NCBI GenBank assembly: GCA_964591175.1 | Contig: CAZQAF010000005.1 | Coordinates: 18,256-82,255 of the forward strand | Direction of reading: 5' to 3' | Source: an uncultured Desulfobacteraceae bacterium | GTDB lineage: Bacteria; Desulfobacterota; Desulfobacteria; Desulfobacterales; UBA11574 | Length of the DNA stretch: 64,000 bases | Part shown: positions 49,473 through 58,666 of the stretch, one piece after another | Layout of the letters: every line of letters begins with the position of its first letter | How positions within the stretch are numbered: the first letter of the stretch is position 1 | Made by a program: the position numbers and the translations under genes | The notes under the pieces: generated by a model | The model's input: the letters and a program-made list of their open reading frames with translations, nothing else | Database searches by the model: none | What the model was told of the DNA's origin: nothing

Positions 49473-50270
49473 TTACAGATTCAGGCAACCTCTTTGAAAG
49501 GCGTCGATATAGTTTTCACAGTATTCATCACGTCCCAGAAGCATTTCCGTCGAGAGCAGGGTTGCCATCAGCGATGGTTCGGTCGGGTCTAGAATTGCGG
49601 CGGAGAGTCCCTGAAACATGCATAAGGACAAAAAAGTGCTGTTGATCAAACGGCGTGCCGGAAGACCAAAAGAAACATTGGACAGGCCGCAAATGGTGTT
49701 GACGCCGGGAAAATCCATCATGAACGTTCTTATGACATCGAAGACGACATGCCCCGCATGCGGATCAACGGAAACAGGCTGAACCAGCGGATCAACAAAG
49801 ATGTTTTCCAGTACAACCCCCTCGGATGTTAATTTTTCGATCAGTTCAGCACCGGCCTTGACTCTGTCTTCAACAGTAACGGGCATGGCTGTTTGAGCCA
49901 TACACAGCGCCACGATCCGGCAAGGCTGGGACGTTACAACGGGCAGGAGGGCATCGAAACGATCTTTTTCCAATGAAATCGAATTGATCATCGGCACCCC
50001 CCGGTGGTGCTTGATCGCTTCGGCCAGCGCTTTAGGATTGGGACTGTCCAGGCACAGGGGAAGATCAATGGCATTTTGAACCGTCTCCACCAGCCAGCAA
50101 AGACATTCGGTTTCTTGATCGACAAAGGTCCCGGCATTGACGTCAATATAATGAGCGCCGGCATCGGCCTGGCTTTTTGCGATTTGGCCGATGAATACGG
50201 CATCTTTATTTTCAACCGCTTCAGCAATCCGTCTTCGACTGGTGTTAATCTTTTCGCCGACGATAAGCAT
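49473..50270 (-). CDS. Methylcorrinoid:tetrahydrofolate methyltransferase (pterin-binding, MtgA/MtrH-like) 1
   Basis: Start re-set to the ATG at 50270 (MLIVGEKINTSRRRI). YIDVNAG and a GLSNVSFGLP pterin-binding barrel. Confidence 0.85.
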   Translation of the reverse strand: MLIVGEKINTSRRRIAEAVENKDAVFIGQIAKSQADAGAHYIDVNAGTFVDQETECLCWLVETVQNAIDLPLCLDSPNPKALAEAIKHHRGVPMINSISLEKDRFDALLPVVTSQPCRIVALCMAQTAMPVTVEDRVKAGAELIEKLTSEGVVLENIFVDPLVQPVSVDPHAGHVVFDVIRTFMMDFPGVNTICGLSNVSFGLPARRLINSTFLSLCMFQGLSAAILDPTEPSLMATLLSTEMLLGRDEYCENYIDAFQRGCLNL

Positions 50271-50318
50271 ACCAGACCCCTTTTTCGTCAAAGCAATATT
50301 GAATTAAATGATTTCAGA

Positions 50319-50804
50319 CTACCATACCAACGTCTTATAAATCCATCCTTTGTCTCCGTCTGCATGCTGCACATGTATCCACTTGCCTTTTCGGCTTAGA
50401 ATTTTAAACGCAACGCCTTTTTCAGCCTTAAATACAATTGGGTAGTTGGTGCCGGGACCCGAGCGGATATTGCAATCTTCTTTAATGGTAATCACCGCCG
50501 GTATTTTACGAACCAGAGAACTGTATATCCATCCCTCATCTCCTTCAAAATCGACAAAGCGAATCCAGGAACCGACTTTTTTAATCACTTTTATGGGATA
50601 ATATTTGTTGACTTTCCAAATGATATCATAGTTGCTTCCGGGTCCTGAACGGATATTCGCATCAGAGACTGAAACGGTAAGGCGCTCCGATGCAAATGCG
50701 ACATTCGATAAGTTAATGAAAAGGAATACCGCAATGACCGATACATAGGAAAGAGGGCGAAATATTTTCAAAAGATATCGTCTGTCCTGAGTTTTCATAA
50801 TCAT
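50319..50804 (-). CDS. Secreted protein with two bacterial SH3 domains
   Basis: Start at ATG 50804 or 50798 (MIMKTQ.. / MKTQ..). Signal-like segment YVSVIAVFLFINLSNVAFA. Two repeats NIRSGPG(S/T)NY...G(S/K)WI...GD(E/K)GWIY. Confidence 0.72.
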   Translation of the reverse strand: MIMKTQDRRYLLKIFRPLSYVSVIAVFLFINLSNVAFASERLTVSVSDANIRSGPGSNYDIIWKVNKYYPIKVIKKVGSWIRFVDFEGDEGWIYSSLVRKIPAVITIKEDCNIRSGPGTNYPIVFKAEKGVAFKILSRKGKWIHVQHADGDKGWIYKTLVW

Positions 50805-50829
50805 TTCTCCGAAAACTGTTTTGAATGGT

Positions 50830-51165
50830 TCACCGTGTAACAGAAAACAAATTGTTTTCCCAAAAGCCAATGAGAGCCAAGTCTGTCGGATGCGTACCGA
50901 AATAAGAACCTTCAGGAGAAATATCTTCGAGAATATCAAAGATCTCTTGAAAGAGGATTTCTTTTTTGCGCTTATAAGTCTTATCGGTATTCTCCAGCTT
51001 TTCAATTTGATGTATTTTTTGTTCCACTTCGATTAGCTTTTCGGAAGTCTCTTGATCGAGGGCGATTGAGTGCAAAAAAGCAAGGCAGTCTTCGATCAGA
51101 TCGACAACGTTAAGGGTTGTGTTTTGACTGATCGTATAGATTCTGTATTCACTTCCCAGTTTCAT
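50830..51165 (-). CDS. Hypothetical 111-aa acidic protein
   Basis: ATG behind AGAGGA. No recognisable motif. Sits within the co-directional gene string. Confidence 0.5.
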   Translation of the reverse strand: MKLGSEYRIYTISQNTTLNVVDLIEDCLAFLHSIALDQETSEKLIEVEQKIHQIEKLENTDKTYKRKKEILFQEIFDILEDISPEGSYFGTHPTDLALIGFWENNLFSVTR

Positions 51166-51176
51166 TTTATCCTCTA

Positions 51177-51416
51177 TTAAAAGTAATATAGCGTCTCTTT
51201 GCTTCTTATCATAGGATAATCCGCCTGTGCCGTTTTTAACGCTTCATCGCTGAGAGTCTGTTCAAAATATGAAGGGAGAATATCGGCGGAGCCGGAACCT
51301 TGAGAGAATTCCTGTTTTACGCGCCATGGGATCGCATCCGGCAGATACTGTTCATACTTAAGACCTGAATCTTGTATGAAAAATAATGATAATATAATAA
51401 AAAGCAAAAAATTCAA
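51177..51416 (-). CDS. Hypothetical 79-aa protein with N-terminal hydrophobic segment
   Basis: TTG start 6 nt after the metK stop. NFLLFIILSLFFI looks like a signal or anchor. Weak support. Confidence 0.35.
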   Translation of the reverse strand: MNFLLFIILSLFFIQDSGLKYEQYLPDAIPWRVKQEFSQGSGSADILPSYFEQTLSDEALKTAQADYPMIRSKETLYYF

Positions 51417-51422
51417 GTCGAA

Positions 51423-52592
51423 TTACCCCCCTGTCTTCTCATTCAATGATGCGGCCATATCGGTTTTTTCCCAGGTAAACTCTGGTTCGTTGCGACCGAA
51501 ATGCCCGTATGCTGAAGTTTTGCGATATATCGGCCGCAACAGATCGAGATAGTCGATGATGGCGGCCGGACGCAAATCAAAGGTCTCCAAGATACCTTTT
51601 CTCACTTTGTTTTCCGGAACCACACCGGTTCCCATAAGATCGACCATTACAGATACAGGTTCGGCAACGCCGATGGCATAGGCGATTTGCACTTCGCATT
51701 TTTTGGCAAAGCCGGCCGCCACGATATTTTTGGCCACATGTCTTGCCATATACGACGCGCTCCGATCAACCTTTGAAGGATCCTTTCCGGAAAAACACCC
51801 GCCGCCGTGGCTGCCTTGCCCGCCATAGGTGTCGACAATAATTTTCCGTCCGGTAACGCCGCAATCTCCCATAGGTCCGCCGATCACGAACCGGCCAGTC
51901 GGATTGATTAAATATCGGGTATCGCCATCCACCATTTCCTGGGGGATCACCTTTTTAATTACTTCCTCGATGATCGTTTCTTGCAGGTCTTCATACGAAA
52001 CATCCGGTTTGTGCTGTGCGGAGATGACAATGGTATCGACCCGTTTCGGCGTTCCGTTCTCATATTCGATGGTGACCTGAGATTTACCGTCGGGTCTCAG
52101 AAAATCGAGCGTCCCGTTCTTGCGAACCATTGCCAGGCGGCGGGTCAATTTGTGGGCGAATGTAATAGACATCGGCATAAGCTCTGGCGTTTCATCACAG
52201 GCAAAGCCAAACATCAAGCCTTGATCTCCCGCTCCTTGTTCCTTGAAAAGTCCTTGGCCGATATTGACTCCCTGAGCGATATCGGTAGATTGTTGGTCAA
52301 TGCTTGTAATAACCGAGCAGGTCTGCCAGTCAAACCCCATCCGGGATGAATTATAACCGATATCTCGTATGGTTTCACGGACCTTTTCCGGGATATCGAC
52401 ATAGCAGTCGGTCGTAATTTCGCCGGCGACCATGGCCAAACCGGTTGTTACCAAGGTTTCGCAGGCGACCCTGCTGCTTTTATCTTTTGCAATCATTGCA
52501 TCCAGAATTGAATCTGATATGGCATCGGCGACCTTGTCGGGATGTCCTTCCGTAACGGATTCGGATGTAAAAAAGTATTGTTTGTTTCCCAT
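51423..52592 (-). CDS. metK: S-adenosylmethionine synthetase
   Basis: 389 aa. [31 protein letters not shown] and [16 protein letters not shown] motifs. Confidence 0.97.
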   Translation of the reverse strand: MGNKQYFFTSESVTEGHPDKVADAISDSILDAMIAKDKSSRVACETLVTTGLAMVAGEITTDCYVDIPEKVRETIRDIGYNSSRMGFDWQTCSVITSIDQQSTDIAQGVNIGQGLFKEQGAGDQGLMFGFACDETPELMPMSITFAHKLTRRLAMVRKNGTLDFLRPDGKSQVTIEYENGTPKRVDTIVISAQHKPDVSYEDLQETIIEEVIKKVIPQEMVDGDTRYLINPTGRFVIGGPMGDCGVTGRKIIVDTYGGQGSHGGGCFSGKDPSKVDRSASYMARHVAKNIVAAGFAKKCEVQIAYAIGVAEPVSVMVDLMGTGVVPENKVRKGILETFDLRPAAIIDYLDLLRPIYRKTSAYGHFGRNEPEFTWEKTDMAASLNEKTGG

Positions 52593-52647
52593 TGAGTTCT
52601 CCTAAAATTGAATTTTTTGATCGAAAAGCAGGGTTTTCGGTCAAACA

Positions 52648-54147
52648 CTAAATCGGTCGCTGCGACCAGCGGCCGGTATTTGAAAAAATAATATCCGGAT
52701 TTTCAAATACTTCCATCAAAAGACGGTGATAATGACATTCTTCGGCTGATCTGAGGTGGGTTTCGGGAAACCTCGAGCAATAATTTTGCATCTCTGCTTC
52801 TCCCATGATACCCGTCAGGACGCATTCAAGCATATCTACCGTACCGCTGCCTTCATCAAACTGCTCTTTTTCCCTCCATGTGATCTCAGGGGGTAAAAGG
52901 TCTTCAAACGCTTTTCTCAAAATCCATTTTTCTATGGGCGGCGATCCCATGATTTTCATTTCCGGCGGGATTATCTGCCCCAATCGAATCATCGCAAGAT
53001 CCAGAAACGGCACGCGTCCTTCGATGGCATGGGCCATGGTCATTCGATCGACCCGTTGAAGGTTTATATTATGTAACGACGTGACTGACCGGCGTAATTC
53101 CTGGTGCAAAAACTCCTGGTTTTCTATGGATTTATAATAGCCGTACCCTCCGAAGAGCTCATCGGCGCCTTCACCGGTGAGTATCACCTTGACATAATCA
53201 GCAGCCAGGCGGGAAGTAAAATAACAGGGAATGGCGCTTCGCACCAAATCCTGATCAAAGGATTCGAGATAATATATGATTTCCGGCAGTTTTTTTCTGA
53301 CTTCCTGTTCGGTGAGGATATATTCGTGATGAATGGTGTCGAGATGGTTGGAGACCAAGCGGGCAGCCGCGAGATCTCTGCTGCCTTCGACACCGACCGA
53401 AAACGTGTGAAGCCGATCGATATGTTTTCTGGCTATCGCGGCAATGATACTGCTGTCCAAACCACCGGACAAAAACGCCCCCAGAGGGACGTCGCTCATC
53501 AGACGTTTGACCACAGCCTCTTCAAGGGTTTTTCTGATTTTTTCAATATAATCTTTCACCGGGGCTTTCCGGCTTAAAATCTCCGGAACCGAGTAAAAGG
53601 TCGTAAATCCGCGAGCAGAATGGAAAAAAGTTCCCGGCGGAAATTCACGTACGCTGTCACAGCCTGCGGGAAAGGCTTTGAGTTCGGAAGCGAAAATCAG
53701 GGCGTCATTTATTTCGCCAAGATAAAGGGGTTTAATACCGATGGGATCTCGAGCCGCGTAAAAGTCGGCGGCATCGGCGATGGCAAATGCGTACATGCCG
53801 TCCAAATGTTCGACCATGGATGTACCGTGGTCTTCGTAAAGGTGAACGATGGCCTCTGTATCGCTGGTGGTATAGAACTGATGGCGTTTGGAAAGCTCGG
53901 AACGTAAATGCGGAAAATTATAGATTTCTCCATTGGCGATCACGGCAATATTTTTCGATTCATTGTAAATGGGCTGATTGCCGCCCTCCGGGTCCATGAT
54001 GCTCAACCGCCGATGTCCCAAAACTCCCGGACCTTCTGACGAAACAAACTTGCCTTCTGCATCCGGTCCCCTGTGGCGCACCAGCATCATCATCTGTTTG
54101 ACAAGGGCCACATCAGCGTCACCCCATATCCCTGTAATTCCGCACAT
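52648..54147 (-). CDS. Asparagine synthetase B-family glutamine-dependent amidotransferase
   Basis: N-terminal nucleophile MCGITGIWG (Ntn GATase) and PP-loop FLSGGLDSSIIAA. 499 aa. Confidence 0.88.
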   Translation of the reverse strand: MCGITGIWGDADVALVKQMMMLVRHRGPDAEGKFVSSEGPGVLGHRRLSIMDPEGGNQPIYNESKNIAVIANGEIYNFPHLRSELSKRHQFYTTSDTEAIVHLYEDHGTSMVEHLDGMYAFAIADAADFYAARDPIGIKPLYLGEINDALIFASELKAFPAGCDSVREFPPGTFFHSARGFTTFYSVPEILSRKAPVKDYIEKIRKTLEEAVVKRLMSDVPLGAFLSGGLDSSIIAAIARKHIDRLHTFSVGVEGSRDLAAARLVSNHLDTIHHEYILTEQEVRKKLPEIIYYLESFDQDLVRSAIPCYFTSRLAADYVKVILTGEGADELFGGYGYYKSIENQEFLHQELRRSVTSLHNINLQRVDRMTMAHAIEGRVPFLDLAMIRLGQIIPPEMKIMGSPPIEKWILRKAFEDLLPPEITWREKEQFDEGSGTVDMLECVLTGIMGEAEMQNYCSRFPETHLRSAEECHYHRLLMEVFENPDIIFSNTGRWSQRPI

Positions 54148-54168
54148 GTGTTTCGTCCTTTTACTGCT

Positions 54169-55431
54169 CTATTTTCGTATTTCGAACATACCGACAAAGC
54201 CGTGTCCCATACCATCTCCGCGCTGGAGTTCCATTTCCAGCTTCCTCAACGAAAAACCAAGCACCGACTCGATAACATTGGCGCGAACATCCCCCCAGTT
54301 CAACCAGCCCACGCCTTCTATGACCTTGTACATGGTTTCCATGGCTTCTTTTAAAGGTTTCGGGTAATAGGGAAGAATCTCGGGAACGTTTGAAAACCTG
54401 CCTGTTTCACAATCGTAGTTTCCGAGCAGACTCATGGTATATTCGATGAGTGCGTTGCACGACATGAAAAACATTTCATAGAAGTTGTTGATGTGATCAA
54501 AACCAGGGCGGGGCACGTAGTCAACCAAGAGGCTCTCCAGATCCGTCCGAAGATAGTTTTCGAAGAGCGCATTGACCGGACCGCGCAATTTGGGAGCGTA
54601 TTTGTTGTAGTCGCCGGTATCCAAGTGCCGTCCGATGAAAATCGAACGATCGAAAAAGGTCAACGGCTTAATTTCAACGCCGGCTTCCTTGGATGCCTGT
54701 TCGATGATGTTCATCACTTCGTCCCGGCATACCAGTTTCAGCGCAAAAGAAGCAATATCGGCCGTGGCCCTTTCTTCTTCCGGGTAAATGTAAGAGATTC
54801 GGTAGTCCATAAAGTATTCCCGACTCGCCGGATGATGCCACAAATCCTGCCATTCAACGGAGTATCGACCCAGCCAGTCGCCCATGAAAAGGGCGTGATC
54901 GGGCGCATGCCGGCAGATATCTGCAACGATCTTGATGCACTGTTCATCGGTAAAGTGGGAAAGGGTCCCAAATGACGTAAAATAAAAATCAAAAGGCGCC
55001 TCATCCTTCATGATTTCAGCGGGAAGCCCGTCCGACATGTCTCCCTGAATAAAACGCGATTTCGGATTGGCGCCGTAGTCGCTTTCGGCCTGACGAAGAA
55101 GGTCTTCGTTGATGTCCAATCCGACATATTCCTTGAGCATGTCATCGGTGAGGGCAACGGTGATATATTCATAAATTCCGGGATCTTTTGTGGTAACTCC
55201 CATAATGAGATCAAAGCCGTCTCCGCTGCCGCATCCCAGGTCTATAATACGGATTCGTTCCAGATTCCTTTTTTTTCGTTCAACCAGTTCATTCAACGCA
55301 GGACGCATGAAGATACTGGTAATCTGATCTTCCCAGAACCGTCTGACATTGTCATATTTTCCCAGCAAACCGGATGCTCTGTCGTATTTCCCGGTATGAG
55401 CGGCCTGGGAGTATGCTTTTATTTCCGCCAT
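54169..55431 (-). CDS. Class I SAM-dependent methyltransferase with large uncharacterised C-terminal region
   Basis: Motif I RIIDLGCGSGDG, post-I VGLDINEDL, motif II FDFYFTSFGTLSHF. About 220 further residues carry no motif I recognise. AAGGA RBS. Confidence 0.8.
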   Translation of the reverse strand: MAEIKAYSQAAHTGKYDRASGLLGKYDNVRRFWEDQITSIFMRPALNELVERKKRNLERIRIIDLGCGSGDGFDLIMGVTTKDPGIYEYITVALTDDMLKEYVGLDINEDLLRQAESDYGANPKSRFIQGDMSDGLPAEIMKDEAPFDFYFTSFGTLSHFTDEQCIKIVADICRHAPDHALFMGDWLGRYSVEWQDLWHHPASREYFMDYRISYIYPEEERATADIASFALKLVCRDEVMNIIEQASKEAGVEIKPLTFFDRSIFIGRHLDTGDYNKYAPKLRGPVNALFENYLRTDLESLLVDYVPRPGFDHINNFYEMFFMSCNALIEYTMSLLGNYDCETGRFSNVPEILPYYPKPLKEAMETMYKVIEGVGWLNWGDVRANVIESVLGFSLRKLEMELQRGDGMGHGFVGMFEIRK

Positions 55432-55502
55432 GAGTTTATCCTTTTCTTTTTTGCACAGATAACCGCAAATGGACGCAAATGAACAAAAATATTATTATTT
55501 CA

Positions 55503-55525
55503 ATTCGTGTTAGTTTGTGTTCATC
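55503..55525. repeat. Dispersed intergenic motif ATTCGTGTT(A/C)GTTTGTG..., copy 2
   Basis: ATTCGTGTTAGTTTGTGTTCATC matches ATTCGTGTTCGTTTGTGGTTATC at 21274-21296 in 20 of 23 positions (hand alignment). Both lie just downstream of a minus-strand stop codon. Confidence 0.5.
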
Positions 55526-55545
55526 CGGGGTTTTTATTTTTAAAA

Positions 55546-56229
55546 TCAGGCACTCAGCGTTTTTAATGCATCGATGGCCTCGAAGGCATCTTTGCAATGG
55601 GCATCGGCACCGATCTGTTCGGCAAAGGATTTGGATGTGGGAGCGCCTCCGATGAAGACGGTCACCTGATGATCGAGCCCTTCTGTTTTAAGGGTATTGA
55701 TCACCTCCTTCATTTCCCACATGGTGGTTGTCAACAGGGCCGAGAGCCCCAGGAAAGATGCCTGGTTTTCTTTAACAGCCTGTACAATTGCGCTGGTCGG
55801 CACATCCGCTCCCAGGTCGATAACCTCGTATCCGGCACCTTTGATCATGATCGATACGATGTTCTTCCCGATATCGTGAAGGTCGCCGGCCACCGTTGCA
55901 ATAATGAACTTTCCTTTACTTTTTACGCCGGCTTTTAAAAGGTGAGGGCTCATGATGTCCATGGCAACCCCGACACATTCGGCCGAGGCCAGCATGTCCG
56001 GGATGAGGTATTCATCGCGCTCAAATTTTTTGCCCACAATCTCCATTGCGCGGGTTAATCCGTCGATGACGATGTCTTTGGGGTCTATGCCGGCACCAAG
56101 GGCTTCTTTGACCAGCTCGGTGACTGCAGGCTGTCCTTCGTAACCTTCGTCAAACCCTTCATCTTCAGCCTCGACACGACCTTGCACAATATTAAATGCA
56201 ATTTTCTCAATAAGCGTTTGATTGTCCAT
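55546..56229 (-). CDS. Corrinoid (B12-binding) methyl-carrier protein 2
   Basis: 227 aa. ATVAGDLHDIGKNIV (DxHxxG), LSALLTTTM and IGGAP. Confidence 0.9.
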   Translation of the reverse strand: MDNQTLIEKIAFNIVQGRVEAEDEGFDEGYEGQPAVTELVKEALGAGIDPKDIVIDGLTRAMEIVGKKFERDEYLIPDMLASAECVGVAMDIMSPHLLKAGVKSKGKFIIATVAGDLHDIGKNIVSIMIKGAGYEVIDLGADVPTSAIVQAVKENQASFLGLSALLTTTMWEMKEVINTLKTEGLDHQVTVFIGGAPTSKSFAEQIGADAHCKDAFEAIDALKTLSA

Positions 56230-56273
56230 AATTTATATTCTCCTCCTTAACACGGTTTCAAAGTAATCTTTCT

Positions 56274-57812
56274 TCATCCGGTCTGTTTCAAGCTCGGCAA
56301 AATTCCCGGGACTTCCTTGAAAATTTGTTCCACTATTTCGGGTTTCATGTGCACGGCCGGCGCTTGTTCGAGTCGGTCCATGTAATCGAGAGCGTTTTCC
56401 AGGACTTTGTCTTCCAATCCTTTGGCCTCAAAACGATAAGGATCGGAAACATCTCCGGCGTGCATGGCCTTTCGCACATGGCGCGCATATAGCCGGTAGG
56501 GCGAGGACATGACTTTTTTCACCGTCTTGAGTGTATCTTCTATGGTGTCGGGATCGATTTTAGGCTGACGCAGGCAGTGTTTGATCTTGCCGATCTGTTC
56601 GTTGTCCAGAACCGCTTGGACCGGGCAGAAACTGTTGGTGCGATCCAAAAGGCCAAAGGCATAGTGGATATACTGCGCCCCGCTCATGGCCATGTAAAAA
56701 TGCGTAAACAGTTTTTCGAATGTGGCCTGCATCCCCGGTGCTTTGGCATCCCCCACGCCGGCGGTGGAATAACACGGGATATTGTAAAAACGGGCCAATT
56801 GCACACAATCGATATTATACTGATTGAACTCCGGACATCCGTATAAATCGTGCAGATCATCCATGCGGGCCCGCACGGGTACGCTCCCATAGAGTACCGG
56901 AAATCCCGGTTCGATGAGCTGGGTGAGGGTGATACCGGCTAAAATTTCAGCATTGATCTGAGCCACCATTCCGGCTTCTTGTATGGGAGCCGACGATCCC
57001 CCCTGGGGAGACGAAGAGATCACCAGGGGAAGGCCGGTTTCGACGATGCGAAAAACCTTCTCGGCGGTATCATCCACGATTTGTAAAGGGCTTTTGAATA
57101 TACAGGCGATGAATGAAAACAGCGGATTTTTCCGGAGCGCCTCCGGGCTGCCGGTAATGATCTCACCCATTCGCACGACATCTTTTAAAGCATCTACCGT
57201 GGTCAATCCCGCTTGCACGTGTTTGGTCATATTGTTCAGGCTGGCAAAAAACTTGTTCACATCATGATTGGCGGGGCTGATTTCAGGATCCTGTATGTTC
57301 AACGGGCGGATGAAAAAGTCCAGGTGTTCTAATCTTTCGCACAGCCTGGCGGCCCGGCTGAGCAAAGATGTATTCCCCCGCAGCTCTTCAAATCGGGGAA
57401 CCTTGCATTTGACGCCGTTGTCGTCAACGCTCACAAATTCCTGCATATGCGTTTCTATCCAGATATTGGCCTCGGAACCGGAGCCAAAATAAACGCGGGG
57501 CACTTCCGCGTCGAGCAGCAATCGATTTTCAGGAACCCTGGCGCCCAGAACAAATCGTGAAGGGGCGTGAGACACTGCTTCTTTGATGAGTCCTGCGGGG
57601 AAGCTGACCCGCCAACATGTGCTATGTTTGTCTTTTTCTTCCCAAACTTTGGCCCCATGTGTTTTAAAAAGCCCGGCAGCTCTTTCGTTGTAACACCAGA
57701 CGCCGGGATCTTCCAAAATGTTCAGGGAAGCTCGATCCAGCCATTTTACCTGTTCGCTGTCGAGCCGCTTATAAGGTTTGACCAGAACGCCTTCTCGAAA
57801 ACTGTCTATCAC
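56274..57812 (-). CDS. MttB-superfamily methyltransferase, non-pyrrolysine (paralogue 3)
   Basis: Uninterrupted 512 aa. Blocks AGVGDAKAPGMQAT and the N-terminal ...EQVKWLDRASLNILEDPGV. Confidence 0.88.
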   Translation of the reverse strand: MIDSFREGVLVKPYKRLDSEQVKWLDRASLNILEDPGVWCYNERAAGLFKTHGAKVWEEKDKHSTCWRVSFPAGLIKEAVSHAPSRFVLGARVPENRLLLDAEVPRVYFGSGSEANIWIETHMQEFVSVDDNGVKCKVPRFEELRGNTSLLSRAARLCERLEHLDFFIRPLNIQDPEISPANHDVNKFFASLNNMTKHVQAGLTTVDALKDVVRMGEIITGSPEALRKNPLFSFIACIFKSPLQIVDDTAEKVFRIVETGLPLVISSSPQGGSSAPIQEAGMVAQINAEILAGITLTQLIEPGFPVLYGSVPVRARMDDLHDLYGCPEFNQYNIDCVQLARFYNIPCYSTAGVGDAKAPGMQATFEKLFTHFYMAMSGAQYIHYAFGLLDRTNSFCPVQAVLDNEQIGKIKHCLRQPKIDPDTIEDTLKTVKKVMSSPYRLYARHVRKAMHAGDVSDPYRFEAKGLEDKVLENALDYMDRLEQAPAVHMKPEIVEQIFKEVPGILPSLKQTG

Positions 57813-57846
57813 GTTTTTCTCCTTTCAAAGATATGCTGCTGTTATT

Positions 57847-58644
57847 TTATTTTTGCCGAAACGTCCGGGTATAGCGCCGGCAGTGACGATCTTTTCCTGC
57901 CAGGACCTCGGCGGTTCTCACAGCCCCTATAATCTGTTGATCCAGCGGATCCATGATGGCTGCATCCAAACCTGCAAAAATCGCCATATGCAAAAATGCC
58001 GAATTGAGCCCGGCCCTGTTCGGAAGCCCGTAAGAAACATTGGAAAGCCCCATGACCGTCCGTGCACCGGAAAAGTTTTCCTTGATTTGTGTCAGCGTGT
58101 CCAAGGTGACGCGCCCCTGCCGGATGTCTGTACTGACCGGCAGCACCAGGGGGTCGAAAAAAAGGTTGTCCAGCGAGAATCCGTGTTTTTGACAGGCTTT
58201 GGCGATCTTTTCGCAGGCTGACAGACGGTCTTTGACGGTTTTGGGTATTCCTTGCTCGTCCATGGCCAGGGCAATTAATGCCGTGTTATGGTGAACGGCA
58301 AGGGGGATGATCTTTTTTAGATTGTCTTCTTCTGCTTTGACGGAATTGATCATGGCGGATCTATCGCCGTTCATATCCAATGCCGTTTCCAGTACAGCCC
58401 GGTCGGCGCTGTCAAAACAAAGGGGAGCGTCCACCGATCTTTGAATGGTTTCAACAGCCCATTTCATGGCTGAAATTTCATCTTCCCTGGATCCCACGCC
58501 TATAGCAACGTTGACATCGATATAGTCAGCCCCGGCATTGGCTTGCTTTTGGGCCAGTGCCGTCAGATTTCGGGCGTCTCTGTTTTGAATCATGGTGTTA
58601 ACCAAAGGGATGGTGGCATTGATTTTTTCACCGACGATAATCAT
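57847..58644 (-). CDS. Methylcorrinoid:tetrahydrofolate methyltransferase (pterin-binding) 2
   Basis: Start re-set to the ATG at 58644 (MIIVGEKINATIP) behind AAGGAAA. YIDVNVA and GLSNVSYGLP. Confidence 0.85.
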   Translation of the reverse strand: MIIVGEKINATIPLVNTMIQNRDARNLTALAQKQANAGADYIDVNVAIGVGSREDEISAMKWAVETIQRSVDAPLCFDSADRAVLETALDMNGDRSAMINSVKAEEDNLKKIIPLAVHHNTALIALAMDEQGIPKTVKDRLSACEKIAKACQKHGFSLDNLFFDPLVLPVSTDIRQGRVTLDTLTQIKENFSGARTVMGLSNVSYGLPNRAGLNSAFLHMAIFAGLDAAIMDPLDQQIIGAVRTAEVLAGKDRHCRRYTRTFRQK

Positions 58645-58666
58645 GGATTTCCTTTTTCTACGCTTA

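Noticed and set aside
52593-52647. Expected SAM-responsive riboswitch upstream of metK.
   Set aside because: The gap to the upstream AsnB-like gene is only 55 nt, too short for any known SAM riboswitch class. metK appears co-transcribed instead.
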